Source: an uncultured Acidobacteriota bacterium
GTDB taxonomy: Bacteria; Acidobacteriota; Terriglobia; UBA7540
DNA length: 64,000 nucleotides
Direction of reading: 5' to 3'
Assembly (NCBI GenBank): GCA_963804995.1
Contig: CAWDSK010000005.1
Coordinates: 512,001-576,000 of the forward strand
The notes under the pieces are model-generated. The model searched no databases. It was not told the origin of the DNA and saw only the letters and a program-made list of their open reading frames with translations. Made by a program: the position numbers and the translations under genes. Shown in pieces: positions 12,128-22,070 of the stretch (within the stretch, counting starts at the first letter, position 1; the number at the start of each line of letters is the position of its first letter).

Positions 12128-12490
12128 TCGAGTTTTGTCCCTCTGAAGGTCCTGAAGTATTCACCAACTGCGATTAGCCAAGATCCGCCAACACGTGATC
12201 CGAATGGATCCACCCTGCTTATCAGGTTGAATCCTCGGAACGCACGATTCATAATACGCCCGATTGTCGCTTTTCCCTGTTAGGGGCTTCGGAGATGGGG
12301 AGAGTTGTGACATCCTGATGGAGTGATACGGCGCACGGTTTGTTGTTCACTGATTCGAGCCCCGAATGCTGCACCTCTGGATGTTTCGCTTGATGCTACC
12401 AAACGAGCCTCAATCAAGAAGTACCTAGGCGACTTCCATTAGGCGGCCGAGGGCGGCGCCCATTGAACTACGGGCAGGGGAGGGAGAAAG

Positions 12491-13954
12491 ATGATTACTA
12501 CGGATACTGCTGTGGGATTGGTGAGCTTCTACGTCAATGGAACGTGGGAAAGGCCGCAGGGCCACACGACTCAGCCGGTGACTAACCCGGCTACGGGCGC
12601 TGTGCTGGCTGAGGTACCTTTCGCCAACCAGTCCGACGTTGATCGCGCCGTCCGCGCCGCGTACGAAGCTTTTCTCAAATGGCGTGACGTGCCCGTGGTC
12701 GACCGCGTGCAAGTGCTCTACCGCTTCAAGGCGCTGCTCGAACAGAATGCCGGCGAGCTGGCGGCCCTCCTCACTCGCGAGAACGGCAAAACTTTGGAGG
12801 ACTCCAAAGCTGAAGTGCGCCGCGCCATCCAAATGGTGGAAGTGGCGTGCGGCATGCCGAGCCTCATGATGGGCGATTCGCTGAATGACGTTGCCCGCGA
12901 GATCGACTGCAAGACGGTTCGGCAGCCGGTGGGCGTTTGTGTCGGCATCACGCCATTCAATTTTCCGGCGATGGTACCCATGTGGATGTGCCCGTTTGCC
13001 ATCGCCTGCGGAAACACGTTCGTCCTCAAGCCCTCGGAAAAAGTCCCGCTCACCCCCACGCGCATGGTCGAACTGCTCGGGGAAGCGGGCCTGCCGGCGG
13101 GCGTGCTGAACCTCGTGCACGGCGGCAAGGAATCCGTGGATGCCCTGCTGCACCATCCACTGGTTAAAGCTGTCTCCTTTGTGGGCTCGACGGCGGTCGC
13201 CAAATATATCTACGCGACTTCGGCGGCGGAAGGGAAACGCGTGCAAGCTCTGGGCGGAGCGAAGAATCACCTGGTGGTCATGCCCGATGCCGACCTGCCG
13301 AAGACTGTAGAGGCCATCATCGGCTCGGCGTTTGGCGCGGCGGGTGAACGCTGTCTTGCCGGCAGCGTGCTGGTTCCGGTGGGTGAGGCTGCAGGGCCGC
13401 TGCTCGATTTGCTGGCCAGGCGCACTCAGGCTCTGGCCGTGGGCGATGGCTCGCAACCTGGAATTGAAATGGGGCCGCTGGTAACTTCCGATCACTCGAA
13501 GCGAGTCGCGGGCTATATCGACAAAGGGATCGCTGAAGGAGCCACCCCGCTGTGCGACGGCCGGCAGTTCAAATCAGAAAGCGGAGGATTCTTCCTTGGC
13601 CCAACCATCTTCGACAACGTCACCCCCGAAATGACCATCGCCAAAGAAGAGATCTTCGGGCCCGTGCTCTCCGTGATTCGGGTTAATACCCTGGACGAGG
13701 CTATCCGGCTCGTGAATCGTTCGCCTTACGGCAACGCCACATCGATCTTCACCAGCAACGGCAAGGCCGCGCGCGAGTACTCCTCGCGCATTGAGGTGGG
13801 CATGGTGGGAATCAACGTCGGCGTGGCCGCCCCCATGGCCTTCTTCCCGTTTGCCGGCTGGAAGAATTCCTTCTTCGGCGACCTGCACGCGCATGGCAAG
13901 GACGCCGTGGCCTTCTATACCGAGCAGAAAGTCATCATGAGCCGCTGGTTCTAG
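12491..13954 (+). CDS. mmsA: CoA-acylating (methyl)malonate-semialdehyde dehydrogenase
   Basis: ITPFNFPAMVP, KPSE, SFVGST, ALGGAKNH, AFGAAGERCLA (catalytic Cys), EEIFGPV, FFGDLHAHG. Confidence 0.92.
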   Translation: MITTDTAVGLVSFYVNGTWERPQGHTTQPVTNPATGAVLAEVPFANQSDVDRAVRAAYEAFLKWRDVPVVDRVQVLYRFKALLEQNAGELAALLTRENGKTLEDSKAEVRRAIQMVEVACGMPSLMMGDSLNDVAREIDCKTVRQPVGVCVGITPFNFPAMVPMWMCPFAIACGNTFVLKPSEKVPLTPTRMVELLGEAGLPAGVLNLVHGGKESVDALLHHPLVKAVSFVGSTAVAKYIYATSAAEGKRVQALGGAKNHLVVMPDADLPKTVEAIIGSAFGAAGERCLAGSVLVPVGEAAGPLLDLLARRTQALAVGDGSQPGIEMGPLVTSDHSKRVAGYIDKGIAEGATPLCDGRQFKSESGGFFLGPTIFDNVTPEMTIAKEEIFGPVLSVIRVNTLDEAIRLVNRSPYGNATSIFTSNGKAAREYSSRIEVGMVGINVGVAAPMAFFPFAGWKNSFFGDLHAHGKDAVAFYTEQKVIMSRWF

Positions 13955-14063
13955 CCGGCACGCCTTTTCCAGGCTGATTACTGCTCAGGGTTTTAGTCCT
14001 TGCGGTCCTTAACCGGCCGAGGGAATTTCTTGGTCCCAACCGGTAAGGGTCGAGAGAAGAATA

Positions 14064-14996
14064 ATGGCGAAACAATCCAATATTGTTGTGGTGGGCAGCG
14101 CCAACGTCGATCTCGTCACCTTTAACGATGCGTTTCCGCGGCCGGGCGAGACGATTTTCGGAAAGAAATTCGACCTGGGCTTCGGAGGGAAGGGTGCAAA
14201 TCAAGCTGTGGCCGCCTGCCTCTGTGGCGCTTCCGTGGGCATGGTCGCCAAGGTGGGCAGTGACTTGTTTGGTCCGGCCACGATCCAGAATTTCGCGTCC
14301 TTCGGCATCGACGCCAGCCACGTGCGCATCGCCGAAGGAGTTTCGAGCGGTGTCGCGCCCATCTTTGTCGACCCGAGTGGCCAAAATCGCATCCTGGTTG
14401 TGAAAGGCGCGAACGAGACGCTCACGCCGGATGATGTAGATGCCGCCGAGCCTTTGCTCAACAACGCTGACACCATTCTCCTGCAGTTTGAAATTCCTTT
14501 GTCCACCGTTTACCACACGCTCCGCCTCGCAAAGGCGAAGGGCATACGCTCGATTGTGAATCCGGCCCCCGCTCTTCCTCTGGATTTCCACGAAGTTGCT
14601 GCGGCCGACTATTTCATGCCCAATGAGAGCGAGGCGGAAGTCATCACCGGCCTGCCGGTGCGCTCCATCGACGATGCGAAAAGGTGCGGGGAATATCTCC
14701 TTCGGCAGGGACTCCGGCGCGTCATCATTACGCTGGGCGAGCGGGGTTCTCTGTTGGCGACACCGACAGGTCTTGAATTGATCCCTGCCTTTAAGGTTGA
14801 TCCAATTGACAGCACCGGCGCGGGCGACGCGTTTATCGGTAGCTTCGCGGTGTTTCTTGCCGAAGGCCTGCCGGACAAGGAGGCTCTCACTCGGGCCAGC
14901 CTCTATGCGGCGCTTTCTACGACCCGAGTGGGAACGCAGAAGTCTTTTCTGAATAGGGGCGATTTCGATAGGGAATGGCAGAAACGAGGCGCGTGA
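14064..14996 (+). CDS. rbsK: Ribokinase (PfkB family)
   Basis: GSANVD, PRPGET, GGKGANQAVA, NPAP, PNESE, DSTGAGDAFIG. Confidence 0.9.
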   Translation: MAKQSNIVVVGSANVDLVTFNDAFPRPGETIFGKKFDLGFGGKGANQAVAACLCGASVGMVAKVGSDLFGPATIQNFASFGIDASHVRIAEGVSSGVAPIFVDPSGQNRILVVKGANETLTPDDVDAAEPLLNNADTILLQFEIPLSTVYHTLRLAKAKGIRSIVNPAPALPLDFHEVAAADYFMPNESEAEVITGLPVRSIDDAKRCGEYLLRQGLRRVIITLGERGSLLATPTGLELIPAFKVDPIDSTGAGDAFIGSFAVFLAEGLPDKEALTRASLYAALSTTRVGTQKSFLNRGDFDREWQKRGA

Positions 14997-15149
14997 GCAA
15001 CAGCAGCGCGAACCACGGCTTTCATTGACGATTGTCGATTGCCGATTCGATGTTGTTAGCAAACAGTCATCAGTAGTCAGTAAAAGGCTTTAATGAACCC
15101 TAAGGACTAAAGACTTCCTTCTGTTCAATCGACAATCGAAAACCGTCAA

Positions 15150-15830
15150 TTAGTTAAGCCGGCGCTTGCACTCCGCCAGGATGTCTTTGGTCCGCGAGGC
15201 CCCGATTCGTGTCGCCCCCAGGGCACGGAAGGCCAGGAGTTGGTCGAGATCCCGAATGCCTCCGGCGGCTTTCACCTGCACATGCGCGGGCGAGTGGGCG
15301 CGCATCAATTTCACATCTTCGAGCGTGGCCCCGGATGTGCCGAAGCCCGTCGAGGTCTTCACCCAATCGACGCCGAGCTCCGCGCAGATTTCACACAGCT
15401 TGACCTTGTGTGATTCCGCGAGGTAGCAGTTCTCAAAGATCACTTTAACCTTCTGTTTTTGCGCGTGCGTCACTTCGATGACGGTGTTGATATCGTCGCG
15501 GACGTAGCTCCAGTCTCCGCTCAGCACTTTGCTGACGTTCACTACCATATCCAACTCTTCGCCGCCGTCCTCCAGGGCGCGCTGCGCTTCCGCAAGCTTG
15601 ATAGCAGTCGTGTGGCCGCCATGCGGAAACCCGATCGTCGTGCTCGCCCTTACCATGCTGCCTCTCAGAATCTCCGCACATCTCTTCAGGTAGTAGGGCA
15701 TGATGCAGACACTGGCGCAGTTAAATTCAAGGGCAAGATGGCAGCCCTGCTCCAGGTCCCGGTCAGTGAGCGTAACGGGCAACAAGGAATGATCGATCAT
15801 CCTCGCAATATCTTCATAGGTGTAATCCAT
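15150..15830 (-). CDS. deoC: Deoxyribose-phosphate aldolase
   Basis: IDHSLL, TIGFPHG, ELDMV, KVIFE, VKTSTGF (Schiff-base Lys), KAAGGIR, RIGAS; start placed at MDYTYE. Confidence 0.92.
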   Translation of the reverse strand: MDYTYEDIARMIDHSLLPVTLTDRDLEQGCHLALEFNCASVCIMPYYLKRCAEILRGSMVRASTTIGFPHGGHTTAIKLAEAQRALEDGGEELDMVVNVSKVLSGDWSYVRDDINTVIEVTHAQKQKVKVIFENCYLAESHKVKLCEICAELGVDWVKTSTGFGTSGATLEDVKLMRAHSPAHVQVKAAGGIRDLDQLLAFRALGATRIGASRTKDILAECKRRLN

Positions 15831-16071
15831 TGAGGCTCCGTCCTGCATCGTGAAATGCTTCGCACTGATGCCGTTGCAAAATTCTGTCGCCACATCAATT
15901 CGGCTCACGATTCTATTCCGAGCGTCGCCGCGGCTCAAGTGTAGTTCCGCCGCCGGTGGTCCGGGGTTCGAAGTCGCGGGAGGGCAACAAGACAAGGTAT
16001 ACTCCTACCCTTCGCACGGCCAGGGAGTGGAATAGAGGTTAATCGATGGGATTGCTCACTCGCGTCCGGGC

Positions 16072-16356
16072 ATGGATACACCAGAACTAATCCGAAAAGA
16101 GCGGAACAGCTTGGTCCTGAGTCACGACGAGATTGTTGATTTTGTGGAGCGTTACACGCGGGACGAAATCCCCGACTATCAGGCCTCCGCCCTTCTGATG
16201 GTGATCTACTTTCGCGGCATGGACGTCCGAGAGACCGCGGACCTGACCGAGGCCATGTTGCGGTCGGGCCAGGAACTCGACCTCACGAAACTGTCGTTAC
16301 CAAAAATTGACAAGTATTCTACGGGGGGCGTTAATGAAGACCCCCTGGGGGTTTGA
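16072..16356 (+). pseudogene. pdp: Truncated pyrimidine-nucleoside/thymidine phosphorylase (N-terminal 94 aa only)
   Basis: IPDYQASALLMVIYFRGM...ETADLTEAMLRSG...DKYSTGGV then stop. The family motif is DKHSTGGVG and the full protein is ~430 aa; nupC starts 4 nt later. Confidence 0.85.
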
Positions 16357-16359
16357 AAA

Positions 16360-17559
16360 ATGACACGGTTGATTCCGATTCTCGGCATACTGACAATTCT
16401 CTCCGCGGCCGTACTGCTTTCCAAGAACCGCAAAGCCATTGTCTGGCGCACGGTGGCCTGGGGATTGGGTTTGCAAATCGCCGTCGCCATTTTCGTACTG
16501 CGCACACGCGCGGGTTATTGGCTGCTCGACAAGATTTCGCACGCGTTCGTGGAGGTCCTGAATTGTTCTTTTGCCGGCTCCTCATTTGTGTTCGGCGCGC
16601 TGGGGCAGAAGCAAGGGAGCTTTGGGATGGTCTTTGCGTTCCAGGCCTTGCCGATGATTATTTTCGTCGCCTCACTGTTCTCCATCCTTTACTACCTGCG
16701 CGTGATTCCGACCCTGGTTCTCCTGACCGGCAAAGCGATGTTCAAGTTGATGGGGACAAGTGGAGCTGAATCACTGGAAGTCGCGGCCAGCATTCTGATG
16801 GGGCAGACGGAAGCGCCGTTGGTGATCCGTCCCTATCTCGAGCACCTGACCGAGTCTGAGTTGATGACGATCATGACGGCGGGCATGGCGCATATTGCGG
16901 GTTCGGTCTTCGGGGCGTATGTCTTGTTCGGAGCGGAGGCGCGCCACTTGCTGACGGCCGTGGTGATGACCGCTCCTGGGACTATTCTGATTTCCAAGAT
17001 GCTGATCCCGGAAACCGGCCATCCTAAAACCTTGGGCAAAATCGAAATCACCGAGGAGGGAAGGGCCATCAACCTTCTGGATGCCGCATCGCGCGGGGTC
17101 TTGGACGGCCTCCACCTGGCGCTCAACGTCGCCGCTATGCTTGTGGCGTTCGTCGCGCTCATTTTCCTTGTGAACTTGATTCTGGGAGTCGCTCACACGA
17201 ATCTCCAAACGTTGCTAGGTTATCCCCTGGCGCCCGTGGCGTGGCTCCTGGGGGTTCCGTGGACGGACGCTGCGACGATCGGAAACCTAATGGGAACGAA
17301 AGTGGTAGTAAATGAATTTGTGGCATTTTCCATGCTCGGCCCCCTTAGAGGTCATATTGCCGAGCGCTCCTTTACCATTGCGACCTACGCTCTTTGCGGG
17401 TTTGCCAACTTCTCCTCCATCGGAATTCAAATCGGTGGCATCGGCGCCCTCGCCCCTTCACGGAAGCAGGACTTGGCCAGGCTGGGTTTCCGGGCCCTGG
17501 TGGCTGGCACCCTGGCGAACTATATGGCGGCAGCGATCGCAGGGTTGCTGCTGGTGTAA
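16360..17559 (+). CDS. nupC: NupC/CNT family nucleoside:cation symporter
   Basis: WRTVAWGLGLQ, FAFQALPMIIF, GQTEAP, AGSVFGAY, NEFVAF, ALCGFANFSSIGIQIGG. Confidence 0.92.
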   Translation: MTRLIPILGILTILSAAVLLSKNRKAIVWRTVAWGLGLQIAVAIFVLRTRAGYWLLDKISHAFVEVLNCSFAGSSFVFGALGQKQGSFGMVFAFQALPMIIFVASLFSILYYLRVIPTLVLLTGKAMFKLMGTSGAESLEVAASILMGQTEAPLVIRPYLEHLTESELMTIMTAGMAHIAGSVFGAYVLFGAEARHLLTAVVMTAPGTILISKMLIPETGHPKTLGKIEITEEGRAINLLDAASRGVLDGLHLALNVAAMLVAFVALIFLVNLILGVAHTNLQTLLGYPLAPVAWLLGVPWTDAATIGNLMGTKVVVNEFVAFSMLGPLRGHIAERSFTIATYALCGFANFSSIGIQIGGIGALAPSRKQDLARLGFRALVAGTLANYMAAAIAGLLLV

Positions 17560-17645
17560 GTTGAAGCCGAAAATCGAAATTCGAAAATGGAAACTCGCCG
17601 CAAATTTCGAGCTTTGCATCAGCATGATTTCGGACAGCGGAAACG

Positions 17646-18530
17646 GTGAAACCCATGGCTCGCCACAAATCCATTGATACTGGCCACAGGCCACACGGCT
17701 ACGAAGAGGCGCTGCAAGCCGCAGAATACATCCGCTCGCGATGTAAGACTGTGCCGCGGGTCGCCATCACTCTTGGCTCTGGTCTCGATGCAGTGGTGAA
17801 CAGGCTTGAGACTCAAGTTGAGATTCCGTACAAGCGCATACCGCATTTTCCAGGGACAACGGTCCAGGGGCACGGTGGCGCCTTACATTTGGGAACCTGG
17901 CAAGGTGTGCCGATGGCCATGCTGGAAGGTCGAGTGCACTGTTACGAGGGACATGCGCCATCGGCTGTCGTGTTTCCCGTCCGGGCACTGGCGCTGGCAG
18001 GGGTGAAAGTCTTTGTTTTTACCTGCGCTGCGGGAGGGATTGCTGCCAAGGCAAAGCCTGGCGGGTTCATGATTTTTTCTGACCACCTGCACTTGCAAGG
18101 AGTAAACCCCCTGGTGGGGGCTCACGACCCGCGCTGGGGAGCGCAGTTCGTGGATTTGACCGAGGCCTACGATCCCACCTTGCGACGTCTCGCGCGGAAA
18201 GCGGCGATCAAGCTGGGCTTACCTTGCTTCGAAGGTGTCTATGCATCGCTGCTCGGGCCCACTTACGAAACGCCGGCAGAGATTCGCGCCTTAAGGGGCA
18301 TGGGCGCTGATGCGGTGGGGATGTCCACGGTGCCGGAAGTGATGGCAGCGCGCCAGTTGAAATGCCGGGTTCTCACTATTGCCACCATCACGAACCGCGC
18401 GGCGGGGTTGGCGGGAGAAGCTTTGTCGCATGAAGAGGTGCTGGGCGTGGGGCGGGACGCCTCGCGCCATCTCGTGGATCTCCTGGACGCCATCCTTCCG
18501 CAACTGGCTGAAGGGAGGGGGCGATCATGA
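17646..18530 (+). CDS. Purine-nucleoside phosphorylase (trimeric PNP/PunA type)
   Basis: LGSGL, GHGG, GRVHCYEG, TCAAGG, GPTYETPAEI, GADAVGMSTVPE, TNRAAG, LSHEEV. Confidence 0.9.
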   Translation: MKPMARHKSIDTGHRPHGYEEALQAAEYIRSRCKTVPRVAITLGSGLDAVVNRLETQVEIPYKRIPHFPGTTVQGHGGALHLGTWQGVPMAMLEGRVHCYEGHAPSAVVFPVRALALAGVKVFVFTCAAGGIAAKAKPGGFMIFSDHLHLQGVNPLVGAHDPRWGAQFVDLTEAYDPTLRRLARKAAIKLGLPCFEGVYASLLGPTYETPAEIRALRGMGADAVGMSTVPEVMAARQLKCRVLTIATITNRAAGLAGEALSHEEVLGVGRDASRHLVDLLDAILPQLAEGRGRS

Positions 18531-18661
18531 ATCATGAAGATCTCATCGCACGTGCGGTCGAAGTGCGTGAGAACGCCTGCGCCGCGTATTCCAATTACAA
18601 GGTGGGAGCAGCATTGCGCGCTCGGAACGGTAAGGTTGGCCTCAAACCGAAAAGGCGATAA
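18527..18661 (+). pseudogene. cdd: Truncated cytidine deaminase (44 aa; zinc-binding motifs lost)
   Basis: Hand translation MNHEDLIARAVEVRENACAAYSNYKVGAALRARNGKVGLKPKRR* matches the Cdd N-terminus (A-Y-x-PYS-x-F-x-VGAAL). ATGA-coupled to PNP; no GxNxEN, CAE or PCGxC follows. Confidence 0.8.
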
Positions 18662-18691
18662 CCTATCGCACGAGTTCGCCTGGAGCGGAAC

Positions 18692-19947
18692 ATGGAATTC
18701 GTCAAAGGACTCAAGTGTGTATTCTGCGGTGTGGTGTATTCAACGCGCGTTCCTTACACCTGCCCTGCGTGTGGAATAGCCGGCATACTTGATGTCCAAT
18801 ACGACTACCCAGCAATTGCCACGCGCATGACTCGGGGGAGTTTAGCCAAGCGTCCCGATTACACGCACTGGCGATACCGCGAGTTATTGCCTATCCGCAA
18901 GGATGCGGTTCTGCCGCGCTTGCCAGTCGGGTGGACCCGATTGTTCGAGCTGAATTGCTCGCGCGTCACTTCGGACTGAAGACACTGTATCTGAAAGATG
19001 ACGGGCGCAATGCCACCGGCTCAATGAAGGATCGGGCGAGCTCCGTTGGGGTGGTCAAAGCTCACGAGAAGCGAGCGAAGATTGTTGCCTGCGCCAGTAC
19101 GGGGAACGCAGCTTCATCCTTGGCCGGAATGGCTGCGTCGATGGGACTGAAAAGCGTCATCTTCGTGCCGGAGCGCGCACCGGAGCCCAAGGTTGCCCAA
19201 TTGCTGATTTTCGGCGCAACGGTCTTCCGGGTGCGAGGCAGTTACGAGGACGCCTTCCAGTTGTGCCAGAACTCCTGCGAGCGTTGGGGTTGGTACAATC
19301 GGAATTGCGCAATCAATCCTTACCTGGTCGAGGGCAAGAAAACCGTGGGACTGGAAACCTGTGAGCAGCTCGGATGGCACGTTCCAGATTGGGTGGCGGT
19401 TTCGGTCGGCGACGGGTGCACCATCGCCGGCGTGTGGAAGGGTTTCCAGGAAATGAGGACACTCGGGCTCGTGGAACGCGCTCCCCGGATGCTCGGCGTA
19501 CAAGCGGCCGGCGCTGCCCCCGTAACTGCGGCCTTCCGCAGCGGAGGACCGTTACAGCCGGTCAAGCCCCAGACGATTGCCGACAGCATTGCGGTGGGTG
19601 TACCCAGGAACTGGAAAAAGGCGGTGATCGCAGTTCAAGCATCGAGCGGTTGCATGATCAATGTTGAGGATGAGGAGATTCTCGAGGCCATGCGATGTAC
19701 CGGCCGCTTGTCCGGCATTTTCGCGGAACCCGCAGCCGCCACAGCCGTCGCCGGCGTGCACCGCGCGGTTCGAGAGGGAATCATTGGACACAAAGCGAGC
19801 GTTCTCGCGGTGGTTACCGGCAACGGGCTGAAAGACTTTCGAAGCGCGCAGGCTGCGGTCACGGAACCTTTCGACATTGCGCCGGACGGAGCCGGACTGG
19901 ATGACATCATCAAAGATCAGCACCTTGTTCCACACGACCTTGCTTAA
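18692..19947 (+). CDS. Threonine synthase-like PLP enzyme (one frameshift near 18940)
   Basis: N-terminal CxxC...CxxC, WRYRELLP, KDDGRNATGSMKDRAS (PLP Lys), ASTGNAASS, NPYLVEGKKT, VGDG, TGNGLKD. Confidence 0.85.
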
Positions 19948-20046
19948 CCTGGCTGATCAGATGGACTGCAATGGGTGCGTGCGCAATGCGGAGGAGTTGC
20001 TAGTCTGGAAACAGTAACGCCCTAAACTCACATCCATGGAAGACAG

Positions 20047-21411
20047 ATGACCACTTTTATTCCGGGCCCAACCTACGCAGAAATGCTCCAGCCGGAAAAG
20101 CTGCCCCCCGCCCTCCACGACCGAGCCACGGCAGCACGGCACGATGAAATGGACCCTGCCAATCTCTTTAACATCACCTGGCGCGGGCCGGACCACCGCA
20201 TCCGCCACGTGGTTTTGCCGAAAGGATTGACCGGCGTGCAGGCGAACATCGTGGTCCTGGTTGGCCACTATTTTCCTTCTGGGAGCCACAAAGTTGGTCC
20301 CGCCTACGCGACGCTCATGGAAGGTGAATTGGCCGGCGAGATTGAGCTTGGCAGGAACACGATGATCGGCCCCTCGACCGGGAACTTCGGTATTGGGGTG
20401 GCTTATGTCGCGCGTCTCAAGGGTTACCCATCAGTAGTGATCATGCCGGAGCAGATGAGCGCGGAGCGTTACCAGCGCATCCGCCAATATGGCGGGAAGC
20501 TTGACCTGACCCCAGGTTCGGAAAGCGACGTCATTCTGGTTTTGGAGCGTACCCAGGAATATCGTAAAGACCCCCGAAACAAAATTCTTGCCCAGTTTGA
20601 ATTGCTCCCGAATTATCGGTTCCACCGCTATGTCACGGGGCGCAGCGCGATGGAAGCGGCGAAGCTGTATGGGAATGGTCGTGTGGCGGCCTTTGCGGCG
20701 GCGCCGGGCTCAGCCGGGACGCTCGCCGCGGGCGATGAAATCAAAGCCGCTTTCCCGGAATGCCTGGTCGCTGCACTCGAACCGCGGGAGTGTTCCACAC
20801 TCTTCAACAAGGGTCGGGGCACGCATCGCATCGAAGGAATTGGCGACAAGATGGTGACGCTCATCCACAACGTTCTCACGACCGACTTCGTCGCCTTGAT
20901 CCACGATGAAGACTGCGTGATGGGTCTGGAGTTGCTCGAGCGGCGGCAGGCGACCGTCGAACGAATCTTCGCTTTGGCGGCGGGATCCCTGGAATGTTTC
21001 CATGAACTGTTTGGCGTCTCGAGCCTCTGTAACATCCTCGGTGCGATTCACATGGCGCGGTATCTCAACCTCGGCCCGGACGACAATGTGGTGACCATTG
21101 CCACGGACGGCTTTGACCGCTATCCCTCCGTGCTCTCGGAGCTCGAACGGCGCCGAGGCCCCCTTACGGAGAGTAGAGTTGAGGCTTCCGTTGAGGAGAT
21201 CTTCCGCGGCGGAAATTTGCAGGAAATTCTGGACGTGCGACCTCGGGAACAGAAGGAGCGTCTCTTCGGCTACAAGGAAGAGGTCTGGACCACCTTTGGT
21301 TATACCCGCACCTACCTGGAAGGCATGAAATCACAATCCTTTTGGGATGGGGAGTTTGACAAGATTGCAGAGATCGATTCGAACCTGCTCAGGACGCGCC
21401 GCCTGGCGTGA
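20047..21411 (+). CDS. Fold-type II PLP-dependent enzyme (cysteine synthase/Trp synthase beta superfamily), function unknown
   Basis: FPSGSHKVG (PLP Lys), PSTGNFGIG, GSAGTLAAG, HRIEGIGDK, ATDGFDRY. Confidence 0.8.
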   Translation: MTTFIPGPTYAEMLQPEKLPPALHDRATAARHDEMDPANLFNITWRGPDHRIRHVVLPKGLTGVQANIVVLVGHYFPSGSHKVGPAYATLMEGELAGEIELGRNTMIGPSTGNFGIGVAYVARLKGYPSVVIMPEQMSAERYQRIRQYGGKLDLTPGSESDVILVLERTQEYRKDPRNKILAQFELLPNYRFHRYVTGRSAMEAAKLYGNGRVAAFAAAPGSAGTLAAGDEIKAAFPECLVAALEPRECSTLFNKGRGTHRIEGIGDKMVTLIHNVLTTDFVALIHDEDCVMGLELLERRQATVERIFALAAGSLECFHELFGVSSLCNILGAIHMARYLNLGPDDNVVTIATDGFDRYPSVLSELERRRGPLTESRVEASVEEIFRGGNLQEILDVRPREQKERLFGYKEEVWTTFGYTRTYLEGMKSQSFWDGEFDKIAEIDSNLLRTRRLA

Positions 21412-21465
21412 GTAATCCTTCTCCCTGTGGCACGATGTGCCGATTCGTCTGCTGACTAGGCGCGA

Positions 21466-21474
21466 TGCTATAAT
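21466..21474 (+). promoter_or_regulatory. Extended -10 promoter element for pyrR
   Basis: TGcTATAAT 20 nt upstream of the pyrR start; GGGAG RBS follows. Confidence 0.55.
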
Positions 21475-21494
21475 CCCGCCCTTGGGAGCGTGTC

Positions 21495-22070
21495 ATGGAA
21501 ACGACTGGGAAAGCCAAAGTTGCCAATTTTGTAGAGAAATCCCAATTGATGTCGTCCTCGGAGATTGACCGGACGCTGGTACGCCTTGCCAACGAAATCC
21601 TCGAGCGCAACAACGGCTTGGAGGGAGTGGTCCTGGTGGGTGTCTGCCGGCGGGGAGTCCCCCTGGCCCATCGCCTGGCCAAAAAGATGATGGAGATCGA
21701 AAAGATCACACCGCCCGTCGAGACGCTGGATATCACTTTCTTCCGTGACGACCTCTCGAACGTAGCTCAGAAGCCGGTCGTTCACGAAGTGCCTACCACG
21801 TTTTCGGTCGAGGGAAAAAGGGTGATCCTGGTGGACGATGTCCTCTATACCGGCCGCACCACCCGCGCTGCACTGGATGCTCTCCTGGACCACGGGCGGC
21901 CTCAACGCGTGGACCTGCTCGTTCTGATCGACCGCGGGCATCGCGAACTACCCATTGAGGCGAACTACGTGGGGCGGGTGCTGCAAACCTCCGACCGCGA
22001 AGTGATCGAAGTGCGCTTGCGTGAAGTGGATGGTCAGGACCGGGTGATACTCTGCGAACAGGTCGACTAG
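21495..22070 (+). CDS. pyrR: Bifunctional pyrimidine regulator PyrR / uracil phosphoribosyltransferase
   Basis: IDRTLVRLANEILE, RRGVPLA, LDITFFRDDL, VILVDDVLYTGRTTRAALD, DRGHRELPI. Confidence 0.93.
   Translation: METTGKAKVANFVEKSQLMSSSEIDRTLVRLANEILERNNGLEGVVLVGVCRRGVPLAHRLAKKMMEIEKITPPVETLDITFFRDDLSNVAQKPVVHEVPTTFSVEGKRVILVDDVLYTGRTTRAALDALLDHGRPQRVDLLVLIDRGHRELPIEANYVGRVLQTSDREVIEVRLREVDGQDRVILCEQVD

Noticed and set aside
12425..13495. 356-aa minus-strand ORF
   Set aside because: Antisense shadow of mmsA, as expected in high-GC coding DNA; the same applies to 13935-15062, 25146-26129 and similar ORFs.
18692..19947. Calling the ThrC-like gene, ADOP permease, PL8 paralog 1 and transglutaminase-like gene pseudogenes
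   Set aside because: Each has a single indel with intact motifs on both sides; sequencing error is at least as likely given the indel load in this window.
21412..21494. PyrR-binding attenuator
   Set aside because: The leader is too short and no PyrR-binding loop or terminator is visible.
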